The position numbers were made by a program, and so were the translations under genes. A stretch of DNA of 64,000 nt, from the NCBI GenBank assembly GCA_963662465.1, contig OY759599.1, positions 1,888,001-1,952,000 of the forward strand, written 5' to 3'. The notes below the pieces were generated by a model. The model was not told the origin of the DNA and did not search any database. It saw only the letters and a program-made list of their open reading frames with translations. The DNA is from Desulfatiglandales bacterium. GTDB lineage: Bacteria; Desulfobacterota; DSM-4660; Desulfatiglandales; Desulfatiglandaceae. Numbering within the stretch: position 1 is the stretch's first letter; each line of letters opens with the position of its first letter. Shown here one piece after another: positions 48,353-56,921 of the stretch.

Positions 48353-48844
48353 GGTAGATTAAAATAGAGTCGGGCAAGGAGATTGTCAAAATGGTAATTC
48401 CAATGGGTTTTCAACAATTCATAGGAATTTTCAATAGAACGATTTTTTCCCCGCTATGGGGGACACTTGGGTTAAGCTATCAATGATAGAACACGCCTTT
48501 GCACACCCTTGTATCATTGATAAGACTCCCTGCTTTTTTAATCATTTCATTGTCCATGAAGCTGCCCTTTATAGAGCCTGTTTAAAAATTATTTAAAACC
48601 AAAAAATTGGCATCCGGTTATAAACTAGAATCTGTTTAAACGGGCATTCCATGATAGAATTTCCTATGCAAGCTGGAAATTGCTCCTACCCTTAAAACAA
48701 AAGGGTTTCAAGTTGTACCCTGAAAAGGGTTAAAAACGGGGGATTTTTTGTCTCCATCTACTCAAGGCTTGACAAACGGAACAGCAGAATTTACCATTAA
48801 ACCATATCATACATCTTTTTTAACTGTATTGAATGGAGGCAAAG

Positions 48845-49030
48845 ATGGCACTTGTAAAGAAGACCATTGAATTGGATCAGGACCAGATTAACCGAATCAA
48901 AACAGCCTTGAAGGCCAGGTCGGAAAAAGAGGCAATAAATACAGTTCTTAAGCAATTTGACACAGACGTAGCACTGGCAGAAGTAACACTGAAAGGTGCG
49001 GGTACTTTTGAGTTTGACGAGGTATACTAG
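48845..49030 (+). CDS. VapB-like antitoxin (RHH type)
   Basis: KKTIELD...I......L.A.SEKEAIN.VL; immediately upstream of a PIN gene. Confidence 0.75.
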   Translation: MALVKKTIELDQDQINRIKTALKARSEKEAINTVLKQFDTDVALAEVTLKGAGTFEFDEVY

Positions 49031-49031
49031 C

Positions 49032-49454
49032 GTGCAGGAAAAAGTGGTTTTTGACACAAACATTTACATTGGTGTATTCAATGACGGCCTTTTTCAGGAT
49101 GAGATCAATGGATTCAATAAGATCATGTATCTCGTCCATCCTGTACTCCACGAACTGTGGATAGGCGCCAAAGGGAGAAAAGAAATCAATCATTTGATCG
49201 ATTTTGGAGTAAGCTTTGTTAAATCAGAGAGACTTGTTGTCCCTTCTGCTTCTACACAGATACTGATCGGGAAAGTATGCCAAAAGCTCCGACTTTCCGG
49301 TAAGCTTAATCCGATCTATCCCCGTATTTACAATGACGTTTCCATTGCCTTGTTGGCCAGACAGATCGGCGCCACACTTGTAACCATGAATATTTCAGAC
49401 TTTGAAAAAATTCATAAAGTGGTGGATTTCAGATTCCGTGACGTTTCGGTATAG
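49032..49454 (+). CDS. PIN-domain (VapC) toxin
   Basis: VFDTNIYI, VLHEL, ND..IAL.A, LVT.N..DF. Confidence 0.9.
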   Translation: MQEKVVFDTNIYIGVFNDGLFQDEINGFNKIMYLVHPVLHELWIGAKGRKEINHLIDFGVSFVKSERLVVPSASTQILIGKVCQKLRLSGKLNPIYPRIYNDVSIALLARQIGATLVTMNISDFEKIHKVVDFRFRDVSV

Positions 49455-49883
49455 CCATATTCTCGTGTGATTTTTTTGGCACGGATTACGCAGTTTACAC
49501 GGTTGTTTTTTTTATTGCACTAATTGCTTTCTCCTTTTCACAGACCTCATTGACGTCCCTGATATTTTCCACCGACAGGATCGGCAGGTACATTTCATAG
49601 AGTTGGATTTTAAATTCGCTCTTGCCCAACCTAAAGTTGGGTTTTTGTGGAGATTAGGACTTTTTCAGAAAAGGCACATCCCCCGAAACGGCGGATAAAT
49701 GGGGGATATTTTAGAAGCTTTGATGCGAAATGGGGGAGATGGGGGGATCTTTGAAGAAGGCTGCGTTAAAGATGTAAGGGCATCATTTCAGCTGCTCGTT
49801 TTTCCAGGCGTGGGTTTATGAGAATTATTTCTTGATTATGATTCCTTTTGTGCGTATGTTAGGAACAAAAAAATGGAGGGGTT

Positions 49884-50141
49884 ATGGCTAAAACTCGCAT
49901 TAATGTCAGCCTCGATCAGGATCTTGCTGATTTTGCCAAGATATTTGCGGCTGAAAACCGGACGTCCGTGGCAGAGATGGTCACTCAATATCTGTTGGCT
50001 TTGAAAAGACGTGTCGATGGAGAACAGATGGAAAACATTCTCGTCCATCCCGCTTTTGAACAGGCAATGGAAGAGGTTCAGGTTAAGCTGCGCAACGGAA
50101 CCGCACAATGGCATTCCTATGAGGAGATTTTCGAGGACTGA
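49884..50141 (+). CDS. Putative antitoxin (DUF6364-like RHH)
   Basis: TRINVSLD..L...AK.FA.EN.TSV.EMV; TGATG overlap with the toxin. Confidence 0.75.
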   Translation: MAKTRINVSLDQDLADFAKIFAAENRTSVAEMVTQYLLALKRRVDGEQMENILVHPAFEQAMEEVQVKLRNGTAQWHSYEEIFED

Positions 50142-50452
50142 TGGACGCCCGATTTGAAATCGCCTTCTTAAAGGCTGTTCGAAAGCACGCCTCAATTAAG
50201 AAATTGGTCAAGAAAAAAGTTGATATGATTATTGAAAATCCCGTCGCTGCGGGCGAACCTTTGAAGGGCAATTGGCAGGGTTTTTATTCCTGTCCCGTGA
50301 AGCGCAATTTTATCATAATATACCTGTACTGTGGTGTGTGCCGTAGGAAAAGAGATGATGTCGTTGTGGCTTGCTTCGATTGCAAAGAGAGACCAGACCA
50401 AACCATCAAATTTGTTCTGCTTGGGCCTCATGATAAGGCCTACGGGATATGA
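50141..50452 (+). CDS. RelE/ParE-superfamily toxin with CxxC-x10-CxxC insertion
   Basis: I.ENP..GEPLKGN..G.YS, IIIY, LGPHDKAY; insertion CGVC-RRKRDDVVVA-CFDC. Confidence 0.75.
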   Translation: MDARFEIAFLKAVRKHASIKKLVKKKVDMIIENPVAAGEPLKGNWQGFYSCPVKRNFIIIYLYCGVCRRKRDDVVVACFDCKERPDQTIKFVLLGPHDKAYGI

Positions 50453-50454
50453 TA

Positions 50455-51116
50455 CACTCCATGATGGGGCATCATGCTCGGATGCGTCCGGGGCCGGGAT
50501 CTGTAACGTATCCCTGAAAGCGGCCAAGAGTCTTCCGAGATACTCAAGGGAAACATTCAGAAGCTGCTGCTTGTGTAACCGTTTCAGTAAATCCGCCATT
50601 TTGGGACCCAAATCCACAAGGATCGGTTCACGCCGTCAATACGGACCACGTTGACGATGGTTCCCCGATGGATTTGCCAGAAAAACGCCGGGTCCAACTG
50701 TTCCGCAAGGTCTTTGATGGGCCTTTTAATGAGAAATTCCCCTGTTGCCGTACGGACAAGGGTATATTTGTCGCCGGCCTTAAAATAACAGACATCGTCC
50801 ACTGAAAGGCGGCATTTCCCTGAAACAAGGTCTTCAGGGGAAAGCCCACAAGGGCTGCGCCTAAAAGTGATCCCAAAACAGCGCCGATACTCATGGTTGC
50901 CAGAATCATGAAAAAATGTTTCCATCGACTGCCCGTGTCAATCACGAAATGCCCGGCAAGAATTGCACCACAGATGGACAATCCGATGCATTGGGAAACC
51001 GTAAGGTTGACGGCAAAGCCCTCGCCATATTCCAGGTGGGACAGAAACAGGGCGATAACGGTGTTGAACAGGGCCGTCAGCAAAAGTGATTTGACGACCC
51101 GATTTCGATCCATCAC
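50455..51116 (-). pseudogene. Fused remnants: LytS-type sensor N-terminus, LytTR C-terminal domain, and MalT/LuxR-like fragment
   Basis: TM region LFNTVIALFL...SQCIGLSI; then in another frame VDDVCYFKAGDKYT...LDPAFFWQIHRGTIVN; then VDLGPKMADLLKRL...YLGRLLAAF. Confidence 0.7.
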
Positions 51117-51211
51117 CACGCCCCGCATGTGGGCACGCATGAACAATGCTGCATCCTCTTTAATCCTTGATGTCTTATAACCGTAACCGCATGCAAGCAT
51201 AACTTGAACAA

Positions 51212-51727
51212 TCAAATAAGGAAAGGAAGATATCCTTTTGTTTTCATTTGATAGCTTCGATAATCATCCCCAAATTTTTTCATATTCTCTCTCTCCTCAA
51301 TCCTGGAAGCCAAAAAGAGGAAAACAAAAGCAACGCCAAATGCAGAAACAGCGCCGAAAGATAGATCGTTCAGCAAAAGACCCAGCGCCAACAGCATCAA
51401 GCTTGTGTAGAGAGGATGTCGAATCCATCGAAAAATCCCCTGCTGAATCAATTGGGTGGTGTTTTCCCTTTCCGGACGTCCATACTTTTTCAGCCCAGAA
51501 AACCCGGAAAAGGCGATCAGCCCCGAGCTGATCAGAAGGATCATCGACAAAATCCGCGGCCCGTTAAATGTGCCGCTCAATTGTAGGTTGAGATATCCTA
51601 AAACCAGGAGTGCTTCAAAAGCAAAAAACATGTAAAACCCGTGGCTTTCAGGTTGACGCAGCTCAGACCTGAATTTCATAAAAACCAGAACCCCAAAACA
51701 CGCGAAAATAATAAATCTGAACATCAT
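51212..51727 (-). CDS. Isoprenylcysteine carboxyl methyltransferase/PEMT-family membrane protein
   Basis: TT.LI..GIFRWIRHPLY, EE.EN..KFG.DY..Y. Confidence 0.85.
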   Translation of the reverse strand: MMFRFIIFACFGVLVFMKFRSELRQPESHGFYMFFAFEALLVLGYLNLQLSGTFNGPRILSMILLISSGLIAFSGFSGLKKYGRPERENTTQLIQQGIFRWIRHPLYTSLMLLALGLLLNDLSFGAVSAFGVAFVFLFLASRIEERENMKKFGDDYRSYQMKTKGYLPFLI

Positions 51728-51828
51728 GCTCCCCCTTCTTTTTTTCAGCCCTGATCCTTTACCAAATATCTACTATTTTCGAATTTTATACTGCCCCCTG
51801 ACAATTGTCCCCTGCCCCCTGTGAACGA

Positions 51829-52463
51829 TTACCCCAAATCCTTCATAATTTCCACGAAAGCGGACTGTCCACTCCGAAAAACCCCGGCAAATCCTCCCCC
51901 GGGATTCCCCCAGGCCCCGGCCAGATAGAGTCCTTTGACCGGGGTTTTGTTGTTGATGCGATCCATGAACGCATTGTCCATGGATTGCTCAAACCCATAG
52001 ATGGCGCCCTCCGGATTGCGGGTATATCGCCGGTTGGTGAGCGGTGTGGCCGCTTCGCTCACGTCAATCATTGACGAAAGATCGGGAACAACCTCCTTTT
52101 CAGCCTTTTGAATGAGAATCGTTTTCCATCGCTCTTTTTCCAATTTATAGGCGGTCTTTCTCCCGGCCCGATAATCGGCCTCAAATTTCCGCCAGGGTTC
52201 GTAGCCCGAAAGGAAAAGCAGCATCAGGGTGGATGTTCCGGGCGCTGAATAACCTTTAAAAATATTATCATAAATGCTGACGCTGAAGCTACCTCGATCC
52301 ACTTCTCCCCTGATGCACGACTGATAATCCACCCCGGGTCCGCCCCGATAACCACAACGGGATATTCCGATTTGGGTCCTTTGTTATAAGGATAAGATAC
52401 TTCAACAATGGTTTGCAAATGGGGTGCGATGAAATCCCCGAATCGAGGGATAAAAGGCGCCAT
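51829..52463 (-). pseudogene. Phytoene desaturase-like FAD oxidoreductase with large internal deletion
   Basis: N-terminal YPVVVIGA (broken GxGxxG) abuts, out of frame, a C-terminal part with ATPLTN.RYT.NP.GAIYG, TPVKGLYLAGAW.PGGG. Confidence 0.75.
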
Positions 52464-52572
52464 GGGGAGATGAACTGAAAAAAACTTGCAACATTGGAAT
52501 CATCAAGCCATAATGAGGAACTTAAAGATTTTGTAAAAAAAACAAACAGACCGTTTAATAAGGAGAAATCAG

Positions 52573-53082
52573 ATGGGACAAAATCAGGAAATTCTGGATG
52601 GCCTCAAAACCGCCATGGAGGCGGAATTAACCGGGTTCAATTTCTACAAGATGGCTGCTGAAAATGTGACGGATACCAAGGCAAAAGAGACCTTTGCTGA
52701 AATGGCCGAGGAAGAAATGGGCCATTTTAAATATTTGCGGCATCAGTACCAGTCGGTATTGGAAAAGGGAAATTATGATTTTGCCAAAGCCTTCATCAAA
52801 AAAACCGGAGATCAAAGTGAAAGTCCCATCTTCAGTGCCGCCATCAAAGAACGTATCAAAGAGAGTCATTATGAAGTCAGTATCCTGACCATCGGCATGA
52901 AACTTGAGTTGGAGGCCATGACCTTCTACCGTTCCCGGGCGGGCAAAGCGGAATCAGCGGAAGCCAAACAATTTTACAATGAGCTTGCGGATTGGGAACA
53001 GGGGCATTACAAAGCGTTTGAAAACGAATTGAACAGCCTGAAGGAAGATTACTGGGCTGCCAACGATTTTGTACCCATGTAG
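52573..53082 (+). CDS. Rubrerythrin/ferritin-like diiron protein
   Basis: E..G..FY, EE.GH, E.EA..FY, WEQGH. Confidence 0.9.
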   Translation: MGQNQEILDGLKTAMEAELTGFNFYKMAAENVTDTKAKETFAEMAEEEMGHFKYLRHQYQSVLEKGNYDFAKAFIKKTGDQSESPIFSAAIKERIKESHYEVSILTIGMKLELEAMTFYRSRAGKAESAEAKQFYNELADWEQGHYKAFENELNSLKEDYWAANDFVPM

Positions 53083-53085
53083 TTA

Positions 53086-53120
53086 GTGTCTGAACGAAAA
53101 CCTCGTTCAGACACGGTTTT
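53086..53120 (+). terminator. Hairpin/terminator after the ferritin-like gene
   Basis: GTGTCTGAACGA-AAACC-TCGTTCAGACAC followed by T-rich heptamers. Confidence 0.7.
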
Positions 53121-53177
53121 AAGTTTTAAGTTTTAGGTAAAAACACGTAGTGCTATCATATATTGGGGGGCAGCTTA

Positions 53178-54806
53178 ATGGACCTTTTTTCCGGAAATAT
53201 TGTGGATGTGGTGAACTGTGAAATTTTCCCGGGAACCATTGAGGTGAAAAATGGAAAAATCCATGATATCCACCGTGACAACCAGACTTATGAAAACTTC
53301 ATCACGCCGGGGTTTATTGACGCTCATGTACACATTGAAAGTTCCATGATGCCGCCTTCTGAGTTTGCCCGCATTGCATTGGCCCACGGTACGGTTGCGG
53401 CCGTATCGGATGCCCATGAAATCGCCAATGTGCTGGGGATTCAGGGCGTACGATACATGATGAAAAATGCAAAAGAAGTTCCCCTGAAATTCTACTTTTC
53501 AGCCCCTTCCTGTGTGCCGGCCACCCCATTTGAAACCAGCGGCGCACGGTTAACGCCGGAAGATACGGGAACCCTGCTGAAAATGCCGGAAATCAAATTC
53601 CTGGGGGAAATGATGAACTTCCCCGGGGTCATTCATGATGATCCGGAGGTCTTAAAAAAGCTGGAGATGGCAAAAACCCACCATAAAGCCATTGATGGAC
53701 ATTCTCCGGGGCTTGGGGGGGAAGACCTCAAAAAATATATTTCCGCCGGGATCACCACGGATCATGAATGTTTTTCAAGGGATGAGGCCCTGGAAAAACT
53801 CTCTCTGGGCATGAAAATTCAGATCCGTGAAGGATCGGCGGTCAAAAACTTCGACGACCTGATCCCCATCGCGGACGAACACTACCGGAACTGTATGTTC
53901 TGCTCCGACGACAAGCACCCGGATGACCTTCTGAAGGGGCACATCAACGACCTGGTAAGGCGTGCCCTTGCCACCGGCCTGGACAAAATGAAAGTGCTTC
54001 AAATGGCCTGCGTCAATTCTGTAGTCCATTATGGTCTGGATGTGGGACAACTGCAAAAGGGAGATCCCGCGGATTTTCTGGTGATTGATGATTTTGATCA
54101 ACTGCACATTCACAGGACCGTGATCAACGGCAAAATCGTTGCTGAAAACGGCCAAAGCCTTCTTTCACAAACCCATGCCCACATCGTAAACCGATTTGCC
54201 GCCACCCCCAAAAAACCACTGGAATTTTCCGTTGCCGATAAAGGCCGAGCCGTCAATATCATCGACGTCATTGACGGCCAGCTCATCACCCGAAAAAGCA
54301 GGGACACTCTGGGCGCCGTCGATGGCCGCCTGATCCCCAATATTGACAAGGATATCCTTAAAATTGCCGTGGTCAATCGATATGAAGACCGGAAACCGGC
54401 GCTCGGATTTGTCCGAAATTTCGGGTTGAAAAAAGGCGCCATTGCCGGTTCCATTGCCCACGACTCCCATAACATCATCGCCGTGGGCACAACCGACGAG
54501 GAGATCTGCGCCGCCGTCAACCTCATTATCAAACATCAGGGGGGAATCTGTGCGGTCTGTCAAGATGACGACATCAGGGAAATCCTCCCCCTGCCCATCG
54601 CGGGACTCATGAGCGATGCGGATTTTGAGACGGTTGCCGGCAAATATACACGGCTTGGCGCCCTAGCAAAACACATGGGGTCAAAGTTAAAGGCCCCCTT
54701 CATGACCCTTTCCTTCATGGCGCTCCTGGTGATTCCCGAGATAAAACTGAGCGATAAGGGATTGTTTGATGGAACCCGTTTTGAATTTATGGATTTATAT
54801 CTATGA
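53178..54806 (+). CDS. ade: Adenine deaminase
   Basis: PGFIDAHVHIESS, HEIANV, EMMNFPGV, DGHSPG, TDHEC, SDDKHP, AHDSHN, PFMTLSF. Confidence 0.96.
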   Translation: MDLFSGNIVDVVNCEIFPGTIEVKNGKIHDIHRDNQTYENFITPGFIDAHVHIESSMMPPSEFARIALAHGTVAAVSDAHEIANVLGIQGVRYMMKNAKEVPLKFYFSAPSCVPATPFETSGARLTPEDTGTLLKMPEIKFLGEMMNFPGVIHDDPEVLKKLEMAKTHHKAIDGHSPGLGGEDLKKYISAGITTDHECFSRDEALEKLSLGMKIQIREGSAVKNFDDLIPIADEHYRNCMFCSDDKHPDDLLKGHINDLVRRALATGLDKMKVLQMACVNSVVHYGLDVGQLQKGDPADFLVIDDFDQLHIHRTVINGKIVAENGQSLLSQTHAHIVNRFAATPKKPLEFSVADKGRAVNIIDVIDGQLITRKSRDTLGAVDGRLIPNIDKDILKIAVVNRYEDRKPALGFVRNFGLKKGAIAGSIAHDSHNIIAVGTTDEEICAAVNLIIKHQGGICAVCQDDDIREILPLPIAGLMSDADFETVAGKYTRLGALAKHMGSKLKAPFMTLSFMALLVIPEIKLSDKGLFDGTRFEFMDLYL

Positions 54807-54865
54807 GTGAAGAGTGAAAAGTGAAGAGTTGACCGCCCTTTAATTACTACTTTTCACTCTTCACT
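54806..54865. repeat. Inverted heptamer-repeat element (AGTGAAR)n...(YTTCACT)n; relative at 33146-33186
   Basis: 17-bp perfect inverted repeat AGTGAAGAGTGAAAAGT / ACTTTTCACTCTTCACT. Confidence 0.8.
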
Positions 54866-54887
54866 AAAAAAAGGAGACTCAACAACA

Positions 54888-55325
54888 ATGGCTTTTCGTG
54901 CGCATCTCAAAGTCTGCTTCGGCGATATCGACAACGCGGGCATCGTTTATTACCCGCGATTTCTGCACTATTTTCATGTGGCGCTCGAAGATTTTTTCAG
55001 CGATGAACTGGGCATTCCCTACGCATCGGTCATGCGGAAATTCAACCTGGCTTTTCCTACGGTGCATTTGGAGGGGGATTTCCGCCGACCCCTCCGATTC
55101 GGCGATCACATTGAAGTGGAAGTGCGGGTCCTGGATATCGGCAAAAGTTCCATTACCTGGGGGTATACCACCTACCGCACGGGGGGGCAGGAAGTGGTCG
55201 TGGAAGGACACAATGTCACCGTCAGCATGAACATGGCCACTTTCACGAAGATGGAGGTCCCTGAATGGTTGAGAAAAAAACTCACCGCTTACCAGGCCAA
55301 GTGCGATGCGGATCTTGAGGTTTAG
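54888..55325 (+). CDS. Acyl-CoA thioesterase (4HBT/YbgC hot-dog family)
   Basis: V.FGDIDNAGIVYYPRF, DF..PLRFGD. Confidence 0.9.
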   Translation: MAFRAHLKVCFGDIDNAGIVYYPRFLHYFHVALEDFFSDELGIPYASVMRKFNLAFPTVHLEGDFRRPLRFGDHIEVEVRVLDIGKSSITWGYTTYRTGGQEVVVEGHNVTVSMNMATFTKMEVPEWLRKKLTAYQAKCDADLEV

Positions 55326-55342
55326 AAATTTTAAAAGAGGTT

Positions 55343-55549
55343 GTGTTGAAATTTAAAAATGTCATTCAACTCTTGATTGATTCTTTTCAAACCCACCAAA
55401 TGGACCATGCCCTCATCGGCGGTTTTGCGCTGAAAGCATATGGGTATATGCGGACCACGCAGGATGCGGATTTTATTGTCAGACGGAAAAATCAATGGGA
55501 AGATTTTCATACCATCGTCAAAGGAAAACAACCCCATGAAAATGATTGA
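55343..55549 (+). pseudogene. Truncated nucleotidyltransferase-like gene (AbiEii/DUF6036-like)
   Basis: ALIGGFAL.AYG..R.TQDADF NTase motif but only 68 aa. Confidence 0.65.
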
Positions 55550-55721
55550 AATTGAAACGATTTGCGTCCCAATCCGAAATGATATGATGGATCATGCGAC
55601 ACCGGCGTCTTTATCAAAACCTTCCGATCTGGAACCCTACTTTGATTTTCTGGATGAAATCGAAGCGTTTGATATTCCCAAAAAGAAACCCATCGATTAC
55701 CCCACCGAGTTTGAATTATAA
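55536..55721 (+). CDS. Small acidic hypothetical protein, possible partner of the NTase remnant
   Basis: About 61 aa, overlaps the preceding ORF; YFDFLDE...F.L C-terminus. Confidence 0.4.
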   Translation: MKMIEIETICVPIRNDMMDHATPASLSKPSDLEPYFDFLDEIEAFDIPKKKPIDYPTEFEL

Positions 55722-56848
55722 AAAGGCCTAAAGTTGCTAAAATAGCTTATGGGGTCGCAGACTCTTATTTTACCCTTGTCATAGGGTCTTTTGATCTCCG
55801 CCACAATCTGTGTGACTTTTTTGGGGTTAAGGCGGTTGGCATAATAGGAGAGTGACCGCGCTATTGAATCATCCGAGTATTTAACCTCTATCAACTCTTC
55901 CAACTCCCCGTCTTTAACAATTGCAAAATCAACTTCGCGGCCTTCTTTGTCGCGGATATATCGCAATTCATATTGATAGCCCTGGCTGTCTTCCAGATAA
56001 TGCAATCGTTTTAGGAGCGATGTGGCAACAAGGTTCTCAAAACGGGCGCCTTCATCCCCCAGCACGTCGCCATTATCAAAAAAGTAGACCTTGGGAGGTT
56101 TTCGCACCGCTCGCGGCAATGATCGGGTATAAGGCTTCACGGTGAATACCAGATACATCCTCTCCAAGGTTTCCAGCCATGCCTTTGCCGTCTTTGGAGA
56201 AATTTCCAGGTCCGCGGCAAGATTCGATACAACGATCAGCCCCCCCACCCGGTGCCTCAACAGGTCCAGGAATATAGCTAATAACTGAATGTCCCTTACC
56301 GGCTCCAGGTCCCGAACGTCCTCTCTCAAAACCCTGTCAAAGCGCTCCCGCCGCCACCGCCTCGCCAACCGTTCATCACCCGCCAGAAACGGCTCGGGAA
56401 ATCCCCCGAGCGTCATCAGGCGTTGGAAAGCATCTTTTGGAGAAATCCCCTTCGGAATCTCATCGAGGGTAAAAGGGTGCAGGCGCCAGTAGTGGTATCG
56501 CCCCAATAGGGAGTCGCCACCTCGGCGGTAGATATCAAGACGGGCTGATCCCGTAATGAGAAAGGAATGGAGATGGTGAGACACATCATAAATCCCCTTG
56601 ATCCAGCTCTTCCACTTGGGGAATTTGTGCAATTCGTCAAATATGAGCAGAGAATTATCCGTACTCCACCGCTTCCGGAGAATGTCCTGACGGTCTTCAT
56701 CAAAATCCCAATTCAGATAACGGCCATCAGGGTAATCACTGGAGAGAATCTCCTTTGCGAGGGTTGTTTTACCCACCTGCCGGGGGCCACCTACGAAAAC
56801 CATCTTTCTCTTCAAGTCATCAAGAATATGGGACGAAATATAGCGCAT
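55697..56848 (-). CDS. AAA_14 + DUF4143 ATP-binding protein (copy 2)
   Basis: GPRQVGKT, LIFDELHK, TGSARL, GGDSLLGR, GGFPEPFL, KVYFFD.G, EVDF...IEVK; clear paralog of 8774-9901. Confidence 0.92.
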   Translation of the reverse strand: MRYISSHILDDLKRKMVFVGGPRQVGKTTLAKEILSSDYPDGRYLNWDFDEDRQDILRKRWSTDNSLLIFDELHKFPKWKSWIKGIYDVSHHLHSFLITGSARLDIYRRGGDSLLGRYHYWRLHPFTLDEIPKGISPKDAFQRLMTLGGFPEPFLAGDERLARRWRRERFDRVLREDVRDLEPVRDIQLLAIFLDLLRHRVGGLIVVSNLAADLEISPKTAKAWLETLERMYLVFTVKPYTRSLPRAVRKPPKVYFFDNGDVLGDEGARFENLVATSLLKRLHYLEDSQGYQYELRYIRDKEGREVDFAIVKDGELEELIEVKYSDDSIARSLSYYANRLNPKKVTQIVAEIKRPYDKGKIRVCDPISYFSNFRPFYNSNSVG

Positions 56849-56852
56849 ATGT

Positions 56853-56910
56853 CTATTTTGCATTAAATTCCAAAACAGTCAAGGCTATTTTGGATTTACG
56901 GTCAATATAG
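56853..56910. promoter_or_regulatory. Imperfect 58-bp inverted repeat centred on the putative -35 box of ATPase copy 2
   Basis: Core AGTC-AA-GGCT; arms CTATTTTG...TCCAAAA / TTTTGGA...CAATATAG; minus strand TTGACT-N16-CAAAAT then ATG 6 nt later. Confidence 0.65.
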
Positions 56911-56921
56911 CCGCATTGTTT

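Noticed and set aside
48573..48642. TAGAGCCTGTTTAAA / TAGAATCTGTTTAAA as IS/MITE ends
   Set aside because: Both copies are in direct orientation, with no inverted partner or transposase found
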